Below are positions 24,973 to 36,800 of a stretch of 64,000 bases of DNA, one piece after another. The position numbers and the translations under genes were made by a program. Within the stretch, counting starts at the first letter, position 1, and every line of letters starts with the position of its first letter. The notes below the pieces were generated by a model. That model was given only the letters and a program-made list of their open reading frames with translations, was not told where the DNA came from and searched no databases. Source of the stretch: Vitrella brassicaformis CCMP3155 (taxonomy: Eukaryota > Protista > Chromerida); the NCBI GenBank assembly GCA_001179505.1, contig CDMY01000698.1, positions 1-64,000 on the forward strand, given 5' to 3'.

Positions 24973-26418
24973 TTATTGGCCAACACATGTATATTGTACC
25001 AACCTTAGAATGGCATTGTATCCTCTGGCTTCTTCGATGCCGAGAATACTCTCTTGGCAGCCAGGCCCGAGTTGGTATATTCTTGTTGAGGCTGGCTCTC
25101 TCAACTCGCGGTGCACGTAGTTCAGAAAGCGCCGCGTGTGCTCATCATCATTTTCGTGTGGGGTAGTCAGGAAAGAGAACATCTCCTCTGGTTCAAACTC
25201 GCCTGAATCGATGTAGGTCAAGTTGCCAAGAAGCTCTTCATATTCATCGTACTCAGAGCCATCGCAAAAACTTGCGATCTTCTTAAGGTCCTCCAGAGCA
25301 GTCTTGTCAATGACGCTGAAAGAAGGGTTCCCCCCCTCACTTTCGTAAGCGCTCAGTAATCGAATGTCGCAGTCAAAGTGCTGTGACAGCAGCTGATAGA
25401 CGGTGCTGTCGATGCCCTTAAGGTGCTCCGGCGTCATGCTGGAGAGGGTGTACTTGTGCTGCAGTTGAAACACCCACGGCTCGTCCCCCTGAGGTAGAGA
25501 TCGAACCCCAGTGCAGTCCATCTCAAGTCACAGAGGACACATTGGCGATTCACCTGGGGGGAGCCGAAATGCTCTCGCATTCCATCCACCAACCGCTGGA
25601 GCGGACGGGCAAGCGGCGCGTCTCTCTTGAACCTCCCTCCGGCTCCTTGACGCCGCAGGTTGTAGGCGAGCACAAGACGATAGCCAGAGAGGATGGGCTC
25701 CACGCTATGAACGGCATCAGAGTAGAAAGCAATCCACCGACACTGCTTGCGGCCGAGGGCCTCCTGGGTCTCCTTGTTGAATGCCTCGCCGTCGAAATCA
25801 TCCACTTCATGCAGCAGAAAGTCGCCTCCCGTGTACTTGGTCGGCAGGAAGACCAGCAGCGACGCGAACTGGTCGTCTGAGCGCTGAGTGTCCTTGTGGT
25901 CCTTGAAGAAGTCCCCTTCACCGTAGACGAGCAGCTTATAGAAGTCAGCCTGGACGCGGGTGCCAGGGGACATCTCTTCCTCCACTTTTCTGCAGATGCG
26001 CTCCTCGATTACCCTAGTCCAATTCCCCGCCAGGCTACCGACCATCGCTTGGTCCCCTGGCACCTCCCGCGACTTCCGGACCTCCAGGTCCGTCATCGTT
26101 TCGTTGCCCTTGCCGACGGGCGACTGTGATGCATGCGCCTTGTAGAATTCCTCCAAGGCAGCCGACTGCAACACATCATATACAGCCAGCCGGCACACGA
26201 TGCGGCAGATCACAAGTGTGAAGGAAAATTGTGCCTACCGAGAAGGACGCTTCCAAGTGTGTCATGCAGTCGGGCTCGAGTGTTCGAGCGGGAGTCTTGA
26301 CAGTCGGAATGAGGTCCAGGGTGCCCGAGATGAAGCCCTTGGGGCTTTCATGCTCCTTTAAGTAACGCACAGCGTCGCCAACCGCATTCCACGACTCCTC
26401 CTTCGTCATCTGCTTCAT
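24973..26418 (-). CDS. 2-oxoglutarate/Fe(II)-dependent oxygenase (P4H-like/2OG-FeII_Oxy_3 type) with acidic C-terminal region, 3 exons
   Basis: YKLLVYGEGDFFKDHKDT (HxD), FASLLVFLPTKYTGG, WIAFYSDAVHSVEPILSGYRLVLAYNL (distal His, 2OG-binding Arg); introns about 26169-26238 and 25491-25553 restore phase. Confidence 0.9.
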
Positions 26419-26445
26419 TGCCAGACCAGATCTGAGGCGAGCTCG

Positions 26446-26612
26446 GCTGGCTCCCGGTGTAGTTGGATTTGGGGGGTCGCCTAATGTTTCCCCAATAAGT
26501 ACCGGGTGGGTGCACTGATCAAACTTCAATAGAGGACCGATGGGGTGCGAAGCCAAGATCGCGAGTTAGGACAAGTGACAGTTTCACGGAGATGCGAGAT
26601 CGCCCCGGGGAG
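26446..26612 (-). repeat. Left copy of 167-bp inverted repeat (partner 29155-29321)
   Basis: Reverse complement matches 29155-29321 with 3 mismatches (manual alignment). Confidence 0.95.
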
Positions 26613-27338
26613 AGCTCGCAGCTAAGCAAAGATGGCAGCCAACTCGTCAGGCGTGTTGCCCTGAACAACGTGCACACCACCGCGTCCCGCCATCCGTCGT
26701 CCCCGCGGAGAAACACCCATGTCACATCTATGGGTGAGTCACGGCGCCTCAGCCAAGCCTTCTCAAGGCACGCCGTCCACACCACACAGTAGCCCTTGAT
26801 ACCCTCCACCTATCGGCCTACCCATCTGCTGCCCGGCACGACCACCGTCACTCTCCCTCAGACCGATTCTGCCTTTCGGCAAACTGACCGCCTTTTCCAC
26901 ACCGATTGTCGACCCGCTGCGGCCTGCCTTGTACCTTAGCGAGGTCGCCTCGTCACGCTTGACACGGTGAGGGGTCAATTAGATGGGCAGATGACACTCA
27001 AACGCACTCAAACTCTCACTCTGTGTCTGACTCAGGCATGTGTGGCGTTTTCTCTCCGTTTTGACTGACTTGAGGACTCGCTGCTTCACTCAACCGATGA
27101 CGGACGACTCACTCACTCACCCAGGTACTCACACATTGACAGGAAGGCCCACTCACACACATCCATCCACACATATACATATAATACACATATGTACACA
27201 AGGTCGATCGACACATCTGCTGCCTCTTGGGTCTCCTGTGTGCCTGCAGGCGCCTCCCTGTGTCCCTGAGCGTCTCGCGGATCCCCTCTCTCTCCCTCCA
27301 CCCACTCCACCCACTCCACCCACTCCCGCCGCCCGACA

Positions 27339-27836
27339 ATGAAGCGAGCCATAGACGAAGAACCAGAGATCGAGAGGACCCGTTCCGCTGCAGCTGACCA
27401 GCCCTCTGCACCACGACATCCACAGAAATGACGACACTCAACCATTTCTCCCCTTACTTGTGTCATTTTTGTGTGTGTGCAGAATCGTGTGGTGGTGGAT
27501 GAGGAGCATTCATTTTTCCTCCGCGTCGCACCGCTTCGCGCCACGGCCGTTGTGGAGGCCACATTCGCATACAGCACCAAGCGATTTGCCGACAACATTG
27601 ACCAGCCTGCCGCTGCCGCCGAGGGGGAGGGCGACCAAAACGAGATGGATGCCGAAGAAGACGACGAGCAGAAGGATGGCGATCCACACGAGCACGATGA
27701 CCATGAGGACCCCGATGGGCAGCAGCAGATCAACCAATTCATCATGGAGGGGATTGCGGTGGGCGAGGGTGATATGGGAGAGGAGGCCATTGCCCATGCT
27801 GCAGCGGTCGGTGGTCGTATTGATAGAGTTGATTGA
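27339..27836 (+). CDS. Short acidic hypothetical protein, gene model uncertain
   Basis: Exon NRVVVDEEHSFFLRVAP...EEDDEQKD...RIDRVD* follows a strong tgtgtgcag acceptor at 27483; no good in-phase GT donor upstream. Confidence 0.35.
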
Positions 27837-29154
27837 CTGGGTTGTCTCGTGTGATTTTTTAATTACCAACTGTACATTTTCATGGATATGACATGAACGA
27901 GTCGCAGTGTCTATCACGATGAATGAATGAATGAATGAATGAACGATTCAACATCACCGCTGGTGACGTGAACAAAGAATCACATACGGCCTTCCTTCAC
28001 CCACTCTCTGCCTAGCCGATCCTCTTAGCTAGCCGATTGCCGGTGTGTTTGTGTGTGGTTTGATCTAGTAGCCGAAAAACGTACGTGTGTGTTTGTTTCG
28101 TTTTATACTCACCGATGCATCAATCCATCAATCAATTGCAATCGACTGCCACTTTCCTTGTCTGGCAATGTCTGCATAGATTGCCACATTCACACTGGTC
28201 ATGCGACCTCCTGTCAGTGATTCTCGGCGCCTCATACTCACACGCATTGTGGGTATGAGGGAGGGACAATGAGTGTAATGACTCAATCCGATCGATTGAA
28301 ACCATCACGATCCATAAGTCATCACAAATGTTGGCACACATCACATCACATGTCATGATGCGCCCGGTTGTCTCATGACACTCCTCCTGACAAGGACAAT
28401 CCTCGTGGCTACCTGAATACGATCACAAAGTGAGCCAGCCTGACACACACATACACTACGATCACATGAGTGAGGCTTGTATGTGTTGTGAGCCTGACTG
28501 CCTGTATGTCTATCTGTGTGTAAGCGTCCCCGCCGCCTTTTTGTCACGATGACAGGCTCCTCACATGCAAAGACAAAGACAGAGAATCCATTTGGGCGAG
28601 AAGGTGACACTATGACACGGTGCTGACAGACAGACACACCATCCATCCATCCATCCATCTACACGCCACGGTGCCCGTGTTATTGTCAGGCTCACCTTTG
28701 AGAGAAGCCAACCCTTCCGTGCACGGCGGCGAGTCGATAGCCCTACACAACACAGAAACATCAACCGACACCAAGGATGGATAAATGGATGGGTGGGTGG
28801 TGTGTCTGTTGTGTATCAGAACCAACTTGTGGTGTGTGAGGACAAGCCGCTGTATCTCGCCATCCGCCCCCTCCGGGCGTGCGAGTCATTGATCCTGCAG
28901 GCCACCTTCTCATTCAGCACGACGACCATACAGCAGGCCGCCCACCAGGGAGAGCCGGGTGTGGGTGGTGGTGTCTTGAGGGGTTGCTGGCTGTGCTCGA
29001 ATGGATGCCATCTGTCAATTATCTCTCCTCGGGAGGGAGGGACCGATTTCTCGCTGGAGGGCGGATCTAAGGAATCCGTTAAGCGGAGGTTGTCGAGGGC
29101 ATCACGGTGACTCTTCTGAGCCTCACATTGCCCATTGATTTGATCTCATTTCGC

Positions 29155-29321
29155 CTCCCCGGGGCGATCTCGCATCTGCGTGAAACTGTCACTTGTCCTA
29201 ACTCGCGATCTTGGCTTCGCACCCTGTCGGTCCTCTATTGAAGTTTGATCAGTGCACCCACCCGGTACTTATTGGGGAAACATTAGGCGACCCCCCAAAT
29301 CCAACTACACCGGGAGCCAGC
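29155..29321 (+). repeat. Right copy of 167-bp inverted repeat (partner 26446-26612)
   Basis: ctccccggggcgatctcgcatc...ccaactacaccgggagccagc; 164/167 identical to the reverse complement of the left copy. Confidence 0.95.
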
Positions 29322-29752
29322 TGCGGAGGCCTCACCCGCGAGACCCCATGCTTCGGTGAGGGAAAGCCTTGGTGCTGACGAAGCTTGCCCGACAACCAAG
29401 AGGATGAGGGGATGAATGCGCCGTCGACGTCGACGACAGGACGAAGTGAAGCAAGGGTGCGGATGACAAAGATCTGACTCATCATCGCGGCGCGGTGAGC
29501 TGAACTCCAAGACAAGCCGATGGGGATTAGACGTGGACGTTCCGGGAGAAAATAACGTGAAGGGAGCAGCCGATTGCAAGCTTAGCTCGCGGACGAAGGC
29601 GACGGAAAGGAGAAGGGGGAACGATAGACGTTCGTGTGTTGCGGCTAAATTGCGTTTGTCTCACGGCATGCATCATTCATTTGTCCCCATAATTTGTTGT
29701 CTGCTCGTGTGGTAGATGGAAGGGATACAATTGCTGTCCGTCGAGTGCATGA

Positions 29753-31203
29753 TCATGCATGTGCGACCACTCTGCCGGTCTGCGCGTCGACGGGCCCGCT
29801 CATACGAGGCAAAAGAGGCCTGCAGACATGCAGACATTCAAAGACAACCACATGCATCGATGGACAGACACTTCTTGCCTCCGCGTGTCTCACTGACTTG
29901 GTCGGAGCAAGTTTGGGCAGTGCGGTCACTGCAGATGCCGCCGTCTCAGCCTCTGTCGGCCACTGACACACACACACAGAGACACAAAGGTATGCACGGC
30001 ACATGAAGACAGACAACTCATCTGTGTGTGTGAATATTGACCTCGAGGCGACATTTGGCAGCGAAGATGGCTTTGGTCTCGTCGTCAAACATCGAGAAAT
30101 CTGCGACAGGTCACAAGCTGTGTTGTGCCTGTAGATCAGTTGGCTGACTGACTGACTGACTGACTGTCAGTGACTGACCCATTGCCGGCGGACAGATGCC
30201 TCTGTAATTTGACGGAGCGATGCAGAGAGTCCCTCCCACGTTGGTCCATGTTTGGGGGCAGGTGGCCTCCCAATCGCGGCGGGGGGACGACACGCACGAC
30301 CACTCTGCTCGACTGCACGAACACAGACACAGACGATGCGCTGCTCTCGTCTCGATATGTGTGTACGTGTTTGCTTTCACCATTTCCATGCGAACGTCTC
30401 TTTGTCGATTGGTGTGGCGGCGGTGAGGTCGGTGGCGCGACAGAAGCCGTCATAGCTGTCCGGCGGAGAACACACACCGTCGTCATCCGTCCACTGCAAT
30501 GGACACGTGGGCGAGTAATCTGCAAGGTAGGACGGACAGACAGACAGACAGACAGACCGTCAGTGTATCATGAGTGGGTGCGGTGTGAGTGACAGAGACA
30601 TTGACCGACCTCGGCTGCACTGTCCGATGAACCAGTACTTGTTGAGGAGCTGGGCGGCGAGTTGCTGTGCGCGTGAGTCGGCCTCCTCCTTGACGAGCTC
30701 CTCTGTGCGCTGCGAGCGGGCATACGACACACCCTGATTAATGACCATATGACCACACGCACAGACGCGGAGACATGTCACTCATCGATCATCTGTGTTC
30801 GACTCTCTCTCTCTCTCTGTGTGCGAGTGTACGTCTTGTGCGAGTGTTGCGAGCTCGTGTGCGCTGGGTCCTGTCAATTGGAGGCCGTTCAGCCCACCCA
30901 CAGGCACCTTTGGCATCGGAATGGGCGAGATGAGTCCGAGGATCTTGGGGAAGCCGCTGATGATCTTCATCGCTTTCCCAAAGCCCTCTGGTGCTGCTGG
31001 CGGGGCCTGCCCCACAGACACTGACTCGAAGCGCATAGCGGTCGGCAGCTTTGCAGCATGGTGAGCACTGCAAACACAGAGAGAGACACACACCCAGTGA
31101 GATACAGAGGTGGAATGAGACACGTGTGTGTGTGTCTCATTTACCACAGCCGCGCGGTGGCCGGCCACACTAGTGACAGGGCGACCAACACGACGGTGTG
31201 CAT
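29753..31203 (-). CDS. CPW-WPC domain secreted protein, multi-exon
   Basis: Signal peptide MHTVVLVALSLVWPATA; repeats DYSPTCPLQWTDDGVCSPPDSYDGFC and RDWEATCPQTWTNVGGTLCIAPSNYRGICP...FAAKCRLE-WP fit the CPW-WPC pattern. Confidence 0.85.
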
Positions 31204-31747
31204 GGTGCGACAGAGTCCTGACAGCCAACGAACCAATCGATCAGCGGCAGCTGTCGCATACATGTATACAGACACACATACGCATATCGACTGACTGACA
31301 GCTTCTTTGTGCATTGGATTGCTGGGTTGATTGAAGATACACACGTTTTGCCTGGTAGGATTCCAATGGTAGGATTCGGTCATCATGCACAGAGCATGTC
31401 TCTCTTCGTCTGTCTGTCTGTCTGTCTGTCTAAGTAAGCGTCACGCACGCACAAGCACACGGATGTCACAGCACACCGAGAGAGAATGGGATAAGACAAG
31501 GCAAGTCCATCGGCCCTTCTGCACACAAAAAATACCAATCGACGCACAAATACGACTGCACCGACCACTTAAGCCCTCTTCAAGAAAATCCTAAACCACC
31601 AGAAGCGACCTAAAGCAGAACTATCATACACGGTTCAATTCCGTGCTGCACAGACCCGGATCAATGCACAGCCGACTGGCCGGCCGAAGTGGCTGAAGGG
31701 AAGAATGGCCAAAACGCCCACAACAGAGGCTAGATGCCGTCCAGCCG

Positions 31748-33216
31748 CTAGCGGCCACGGCGCAGCGAGACGCGAATGCGCCTCTCAGCAAGGAGGATTA
31801 AGCAGAAGAGACATGGCGCCCCCGCCACCAAGACAGCCCCCCGCACCGGCCCCACGCACCCAAAGCACAAGGCTGCCCTCATCCCGACGAGAACCGGGAA
31901 GCAAACCAAGACGAAGGCGAAGAGAGACCGTGCAAACAAATACCCCAGCACCACCGCCCCAACCACCGCCCCAATCAGTATGTCCAGCAGATTTCCGAGC
32001 AGCGCGGCCCAGAGAGACACGGTCCTTGTATTGTTTCTTCTCCATGCGCGCCGCAGTGACTTTTGCAGGTGATTCCATGTGAGGCGGAGAGCAGTGCTGT
32101 CCATTGGGATTTCTCTCAAGAGCCACGCGGCACAGATGGGTACGAGCATCACAGCGATGTCGCAAGGACCACAATTTCCTTCGCACGAGCTGATCTGAAG
32201 CCATCGTCGGCTCAGTGCATCGGGTACTACCGCCGCGGCGAGGCGGGGGGCCATCGGCGCAAGCACAGACAGCAGCATGTATGCCGCCGTCACACATGCG
32301 GTCGGATGCGGCGAGCGGCCACTCGAGTGGTAGAGGGGATGGAAGAGGCTCAGCAGCAGGTGGATGACAAAGCGCAAGGCCATCATGCCAAGGGTCCCCG
32401 CGGCAAGAGAGAAGAGGATCCCGGCGATATCCTCTCTCTCCTCTTCTGGGAACGCTGCGAGCCCATGGCGCAGTGCAGACAGCGTCTGTCTCATGCTCAC
32501 AGAGAAGGAAGGTTGCTCCGGTCGCCGGCAGAAGCTATCTAGGACGCCAAATGCGACTATCAGGACGCACGCTGCGGGCAGACACCCCAGTAGTTGGGCG
32601 TCGCGTATGCCATCGAACCGGTATGGGGCCTTACAAATGTAGCAGTTGACCATCCGCCATCCTAAACACAGACACACACGGCACCAGCAACACACGTGTA
32701 CCCTGCCGCCCTCTCCTTGATCGAATGCTCACCACTCCTCCTTGATGCTTCCCACAGACAGGTGGTGTGGACCCACTTGCCTGAGAGACACAAGGGACGT
32801 TCAGTGCATGCAGTTCCCTCTGTGTCTCCCTCCCTCCCCCCCTCCCTCCTCCATCCCCGTTACCCGTCCCTCGGCAGTCACATGGCGATATGAGCGGCCC
32901 TGTGTCGATGTCCTCGTTGCTGTCCAGGCAGATGCGGCAGCTGGCATCGGGCTCTGGCGGCCACACGAGCCACGGCGAGAGGCACTCCGCGAGCAGGCCC
33001 ATCGATCGATCAGGCTATGACGCCGCATGCCATGAGGACGAGGACCACCCCGCAGGCGAGGATGATTGCGAGTGAGAGGAGGCAGGCCTTGAGGATGCCG
33101 CGGTGCTTTTGTCTCAGAAAGGGGCACCACTTGTGGTGGGGACGGTTGCTTCTCGTCGTGCTGTCCACATACACATCGTCACGGAAAACAAGCCAAACGC
33201 AGCCGCAGCAGCTCAT
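31748..33216 (-). CDS. RING-CH (RINGv/MARCH-type) membrane E3 ubiquitin ligase; 5' end uncertain (33002 or 33216)
   Basis: CRICLDS...LISPCDCRG, KWVHTTCL, CYICKAPY give the C4HC3 RING-CH pattern, followed by multiple TM segments in ORF 31748..32695. Confidence 0.85.
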
Positions 33217-33861
33217 TGTCTTATAGCGCTCTTTTTCTTGGGGGGAGAAGGGAGAATACTGCGAGCTTCGATTACGGGGGCGTTCCTTTTTGGGGCCCCT
33301 CGAACCCGTGTGCCCTGATCTCGTTCTCGCTGCCAGTGTGACACTGTTACACTGTAGGCCGGTATCTCTGCTCGGATGAGTGCAATCAACCGTATCGCTC
33401 AATTCATGAACCGAGTCTGTATTCACACGGACATGCACACGGGTGCATTGCAGTGACTGGCCCTCATCAGCAGCCAGTCAGCGAAGCAAGCGACAAGAGA
33501 GGGGCACAGGGACGGAGTTGAATGATACGGTCCTCACGAAGATAGCGTTCGGACATGCAGCGAGCAGATGTGTGGTGCACATGCAACATGCGACATACAA
33601 TGTCAGATGAGACATACATAGAGAGGGACATGTATCTAGTACAAATGTATGCAGCACTGACTGACACGCAATGGCTATGCAGTGTGATGGATGAATGGCA
33701 AACGGACAGAAAGAGGACACTAATGCACGCGAGACCGACTTGACCATAAAGAGCACTCACCCCCATATGCCTTGCTTAAACCAGTCGCCACACAGAGATG
33801 GCTTCTTGCCCTCCTCTCACAGACACCATGCCCTCCTCTTGACTCTTGACGTAGGTGTAAG

Positions 33862-36800
33862 TCAGGATGCGCCGGTCACGAATGGACTGGTGGACCACTG
33901 GGCGACCTCTGTCACCGACCCCGCAAAGGCGACCTCTGTCTGGCACTGCTCGCACAGGTAGCCCTCCGGCAGGATGGCCATTGGCTCCTTGTCGTTCTTG
34001 ATGAGCTCCCTGTTGGCCTCGACGCGCCGCGCATTCTCCGCCATGACGCGAGGGATGTTCTGCTGCCAGGTCCTCCGGCGGTCGGCATAGCACTTGGTGC
34101 AGATGTGCATGTGGCGGCAGGGGATGTACATGACGGCCACCGGGCCGTACTCGCCGAAACAGATGACGCAGGCGGGATCATCCTCCCCGCCATGCTGCTG
34201 CTGCTGCGTTGTGCTGGCGTGTGTGGATGGGTGTGGCTGGGCGAATGATGTGGAGGGGGGCGGGGGGGCCGATGAACTGCTACTCGACGAGGGCTGGTGA
34301 TGGTAGTGAGATGACTGCTGAGCGGTCATTTTGGCAATCCTGATGGCAGGAGAGCATACAGTCAGATGAATGCTCGTGGATCGTGGTTGGCGCCTCTCGG
34401 ACGTGCATGCCTTGCTTACGTCCATTCAGCCTCTTGCAGCCGCCGTATCATAGCCTCTTCGTTCCGCTTGGCCTCTTGTTCTTTCTGCCGGGCTTCCTGC
34501 ACCTCACGAGCCCTTCGCCTGGCCTCACGCGCCCTCCGCTTGGCCTCCTGGTCTTTTTGTTTGGCCTCCTGCTGAGTCTGCTCGAGTTGGCGGCAGAGCT
34601 GGTCCACCAGCTGCTCGCTGTCGGAGGCCGCCGCGGCGCCCGTCACCGCACCAAACCTATACACAAGCACGTAGCGGCCAAGGAACAGAGTGGTACGTGC
34701 TATCATTCCCCTCTCCTCTCTGCCTGCCTCTGTGTACCCTGTAGATGGCCCGCCATTGCCGCCCTGCATGGCCCCGGCCATCTGGACAGCAGCGAAGGGG
34801 TCGGCTGCACTGCTCGATGACGGTGGCTGGTATCCCTCCTCCTCCTCCTCCTCCTCCTCATACTCGAATATGGGGGGCGGAGGCGGCACATACATGTCAT
34901 CCCCACCACTGTCGTCGTCATGGAATTGGTCAGCCGACAGCCCACCACCACCATAACTAGCTGCAGCAGCAGCAGCGGCAGCGGCAGCAGCTGGGGTCGG
35001 GCTATACGGGAAGGGCTGGCGGTTACCGAACGGATGTGACGGGACGCCGGACGCCTGTGGGCCGCCGTTGTAGCTGACAGGGAGAGGGGGACCCATCGGA
35101 TGGAAATCACTACACAGCAAAGCAGGCAACGAGAAGTTCATAGAAGCGTTGCTGACAGACAGACATCATGCCCGTGTTACCTTGGGTGTGGTGGGGGTGG
35201 CGGTGGATACGCCGGCGGGGGCGGCAAATACATGTCGGCCTCGTCATAGAATGGATCAGCCCACAGCCCACCACCATCGGCAGCAGCAGCTGGTGGTGCT
35301 GGCCCGACAGGCGCATGGGCGAAGAAGCGACTCATCTGAGGACCAGCAGTAGACAGACTGCAGACACACAGCAGGAGATAAAGCACTCATTGCGATCGGA
35401 CCAAGGCGCTCATTGTGTGCGACAATCTCACCTCGGCCTCTCGCCACGTGTCGGCTGCTGTTGATCGTCTTGTCCAGTGGGCCGCTGCAGCGACGGCCCG
35501 TTGCGCAGCTCTTCGGCAGACGGGAGTCGGGGGAGTGGGATAGAGGGAGGACGGGGCGGGTGGTGGGCAAACATCGTCATGAGGCCCCTCCCCGCCCCTC
35601 GACCTCCCACAGGCCGGGGGAGAGGCGATGCAGAGCCAGACGGGCTGTCATCGTCAGACAGCAGTGGCGATGGACGCTTCGGCAGAGGAGGGGCCATCCC
35701 CCCATTGCCAGGGGACATCTTGAAGCGGCCCTTGGGGAATTGGGCGCTCGAAAGGGGAATGGCAGCGGGCATCCGAATGGGGGCGTTGCCGCCGCGATAA
35801 CGATCATCACTGGCGGCAGGTGCAGGGCGGCCCGTCTGATTGGTCTTGAGTGCTGGTGGGAGTGAGGGGCGGGATGGCTGGCTCGGCTGAGATGTGGGCG
35901 TCGGGGTGGGCTTGGTGGTGTGTTTTGCCTGAGCCTTCTTCTTGCCCTCGCTCAGCTGTTGTCGAGCGTGTCGTCCGAATGCCGAGTTGAGCAGCATAGC
36001 ATCGCCGTCCTCATCATCGCTGCCGTCAGCTTCACTTCCACCAGCCGCCGACTTCGCTGCATCGCCACCATCACCAGGCCGATCGCTGCGCGCAGCGGCT
36101 GACACGGATGACACGAATGGCACACCAGACCTGCAAAGAAAGAGATTGACACCCACACAGAGGAAGCGAATGTGTCAGGGCATTCTGTAAGGTGGGTGGG
36201 TTGCTCACGTGTCGGCGATGGACGAAGAGGGCTCCGACTGACTCGCCTCAACCTCCTCGGCAGCAGAAACCCGACTCCACACACACACATGAGGTGAACA
36301 GTCCCGTCAGCCATGGTCTGTGGATGGCTTCTCTACCTGGTGGATGCGGCAGTGGAGGGCACTGACGGCTCAATCAACGCATCAGAGGGGCCCGCCTCAT
36401 CCCCACCTGCAGCCGCCTGCTGCTCCTTGCCGCCCTTGTTCTTTTTGCCCTTGCCCTTGCCCTTTGTGCCCTTGCTCTTGCCTTGGTTGGCCTTCTGGTC
36501 CTCTTTCTCTTTGGCCTCCTTCTCGTGACGCTCCTCCGCGAGGAGGGCATCCTGCATCCGCTTCGCCTTGGCCTCCTGGGCCGCCAACTGGGCCGCCGAG
36601 ATGGTGGTCTCGGGCTTGGCTTTGGTGGCGTTCTGGTGCTGTTGGGCGAGGGAATTGAAGAATCCAAATACCTGAGTGGCACAGAGAGGTGGATGGGAGA
36701 GTCTTGTGATGTGTAGGAGTGCTGCTCACCTGTTGTGAGACCTCGATGCCGCTCGTGCGCTTCCGGATCGCCTTCGCCGACTCGAACTTGACGGCACAGA

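Noticed and set aside
28132-29110. Minus-strand gene fragments (EEPVIVTKRRRG, KGWLLSK)
   Set aside because: Short exon-like pieces could not be joined into a supported model.
26613-29154. Transposase, RT or tyrosine recombinase inside the inverted repeats (DIRS or TIR autonomous element)
   Set aside because: No DDE, YxDD or RHRY motifs in any listed ORF; the interior looks like host-type DNA.
31580-31660. Possible tRNA gene
   Set aside because: Only the T-arm is present; no upstream 7-bp partner for the acceptor stem and no D or anticodon arms.
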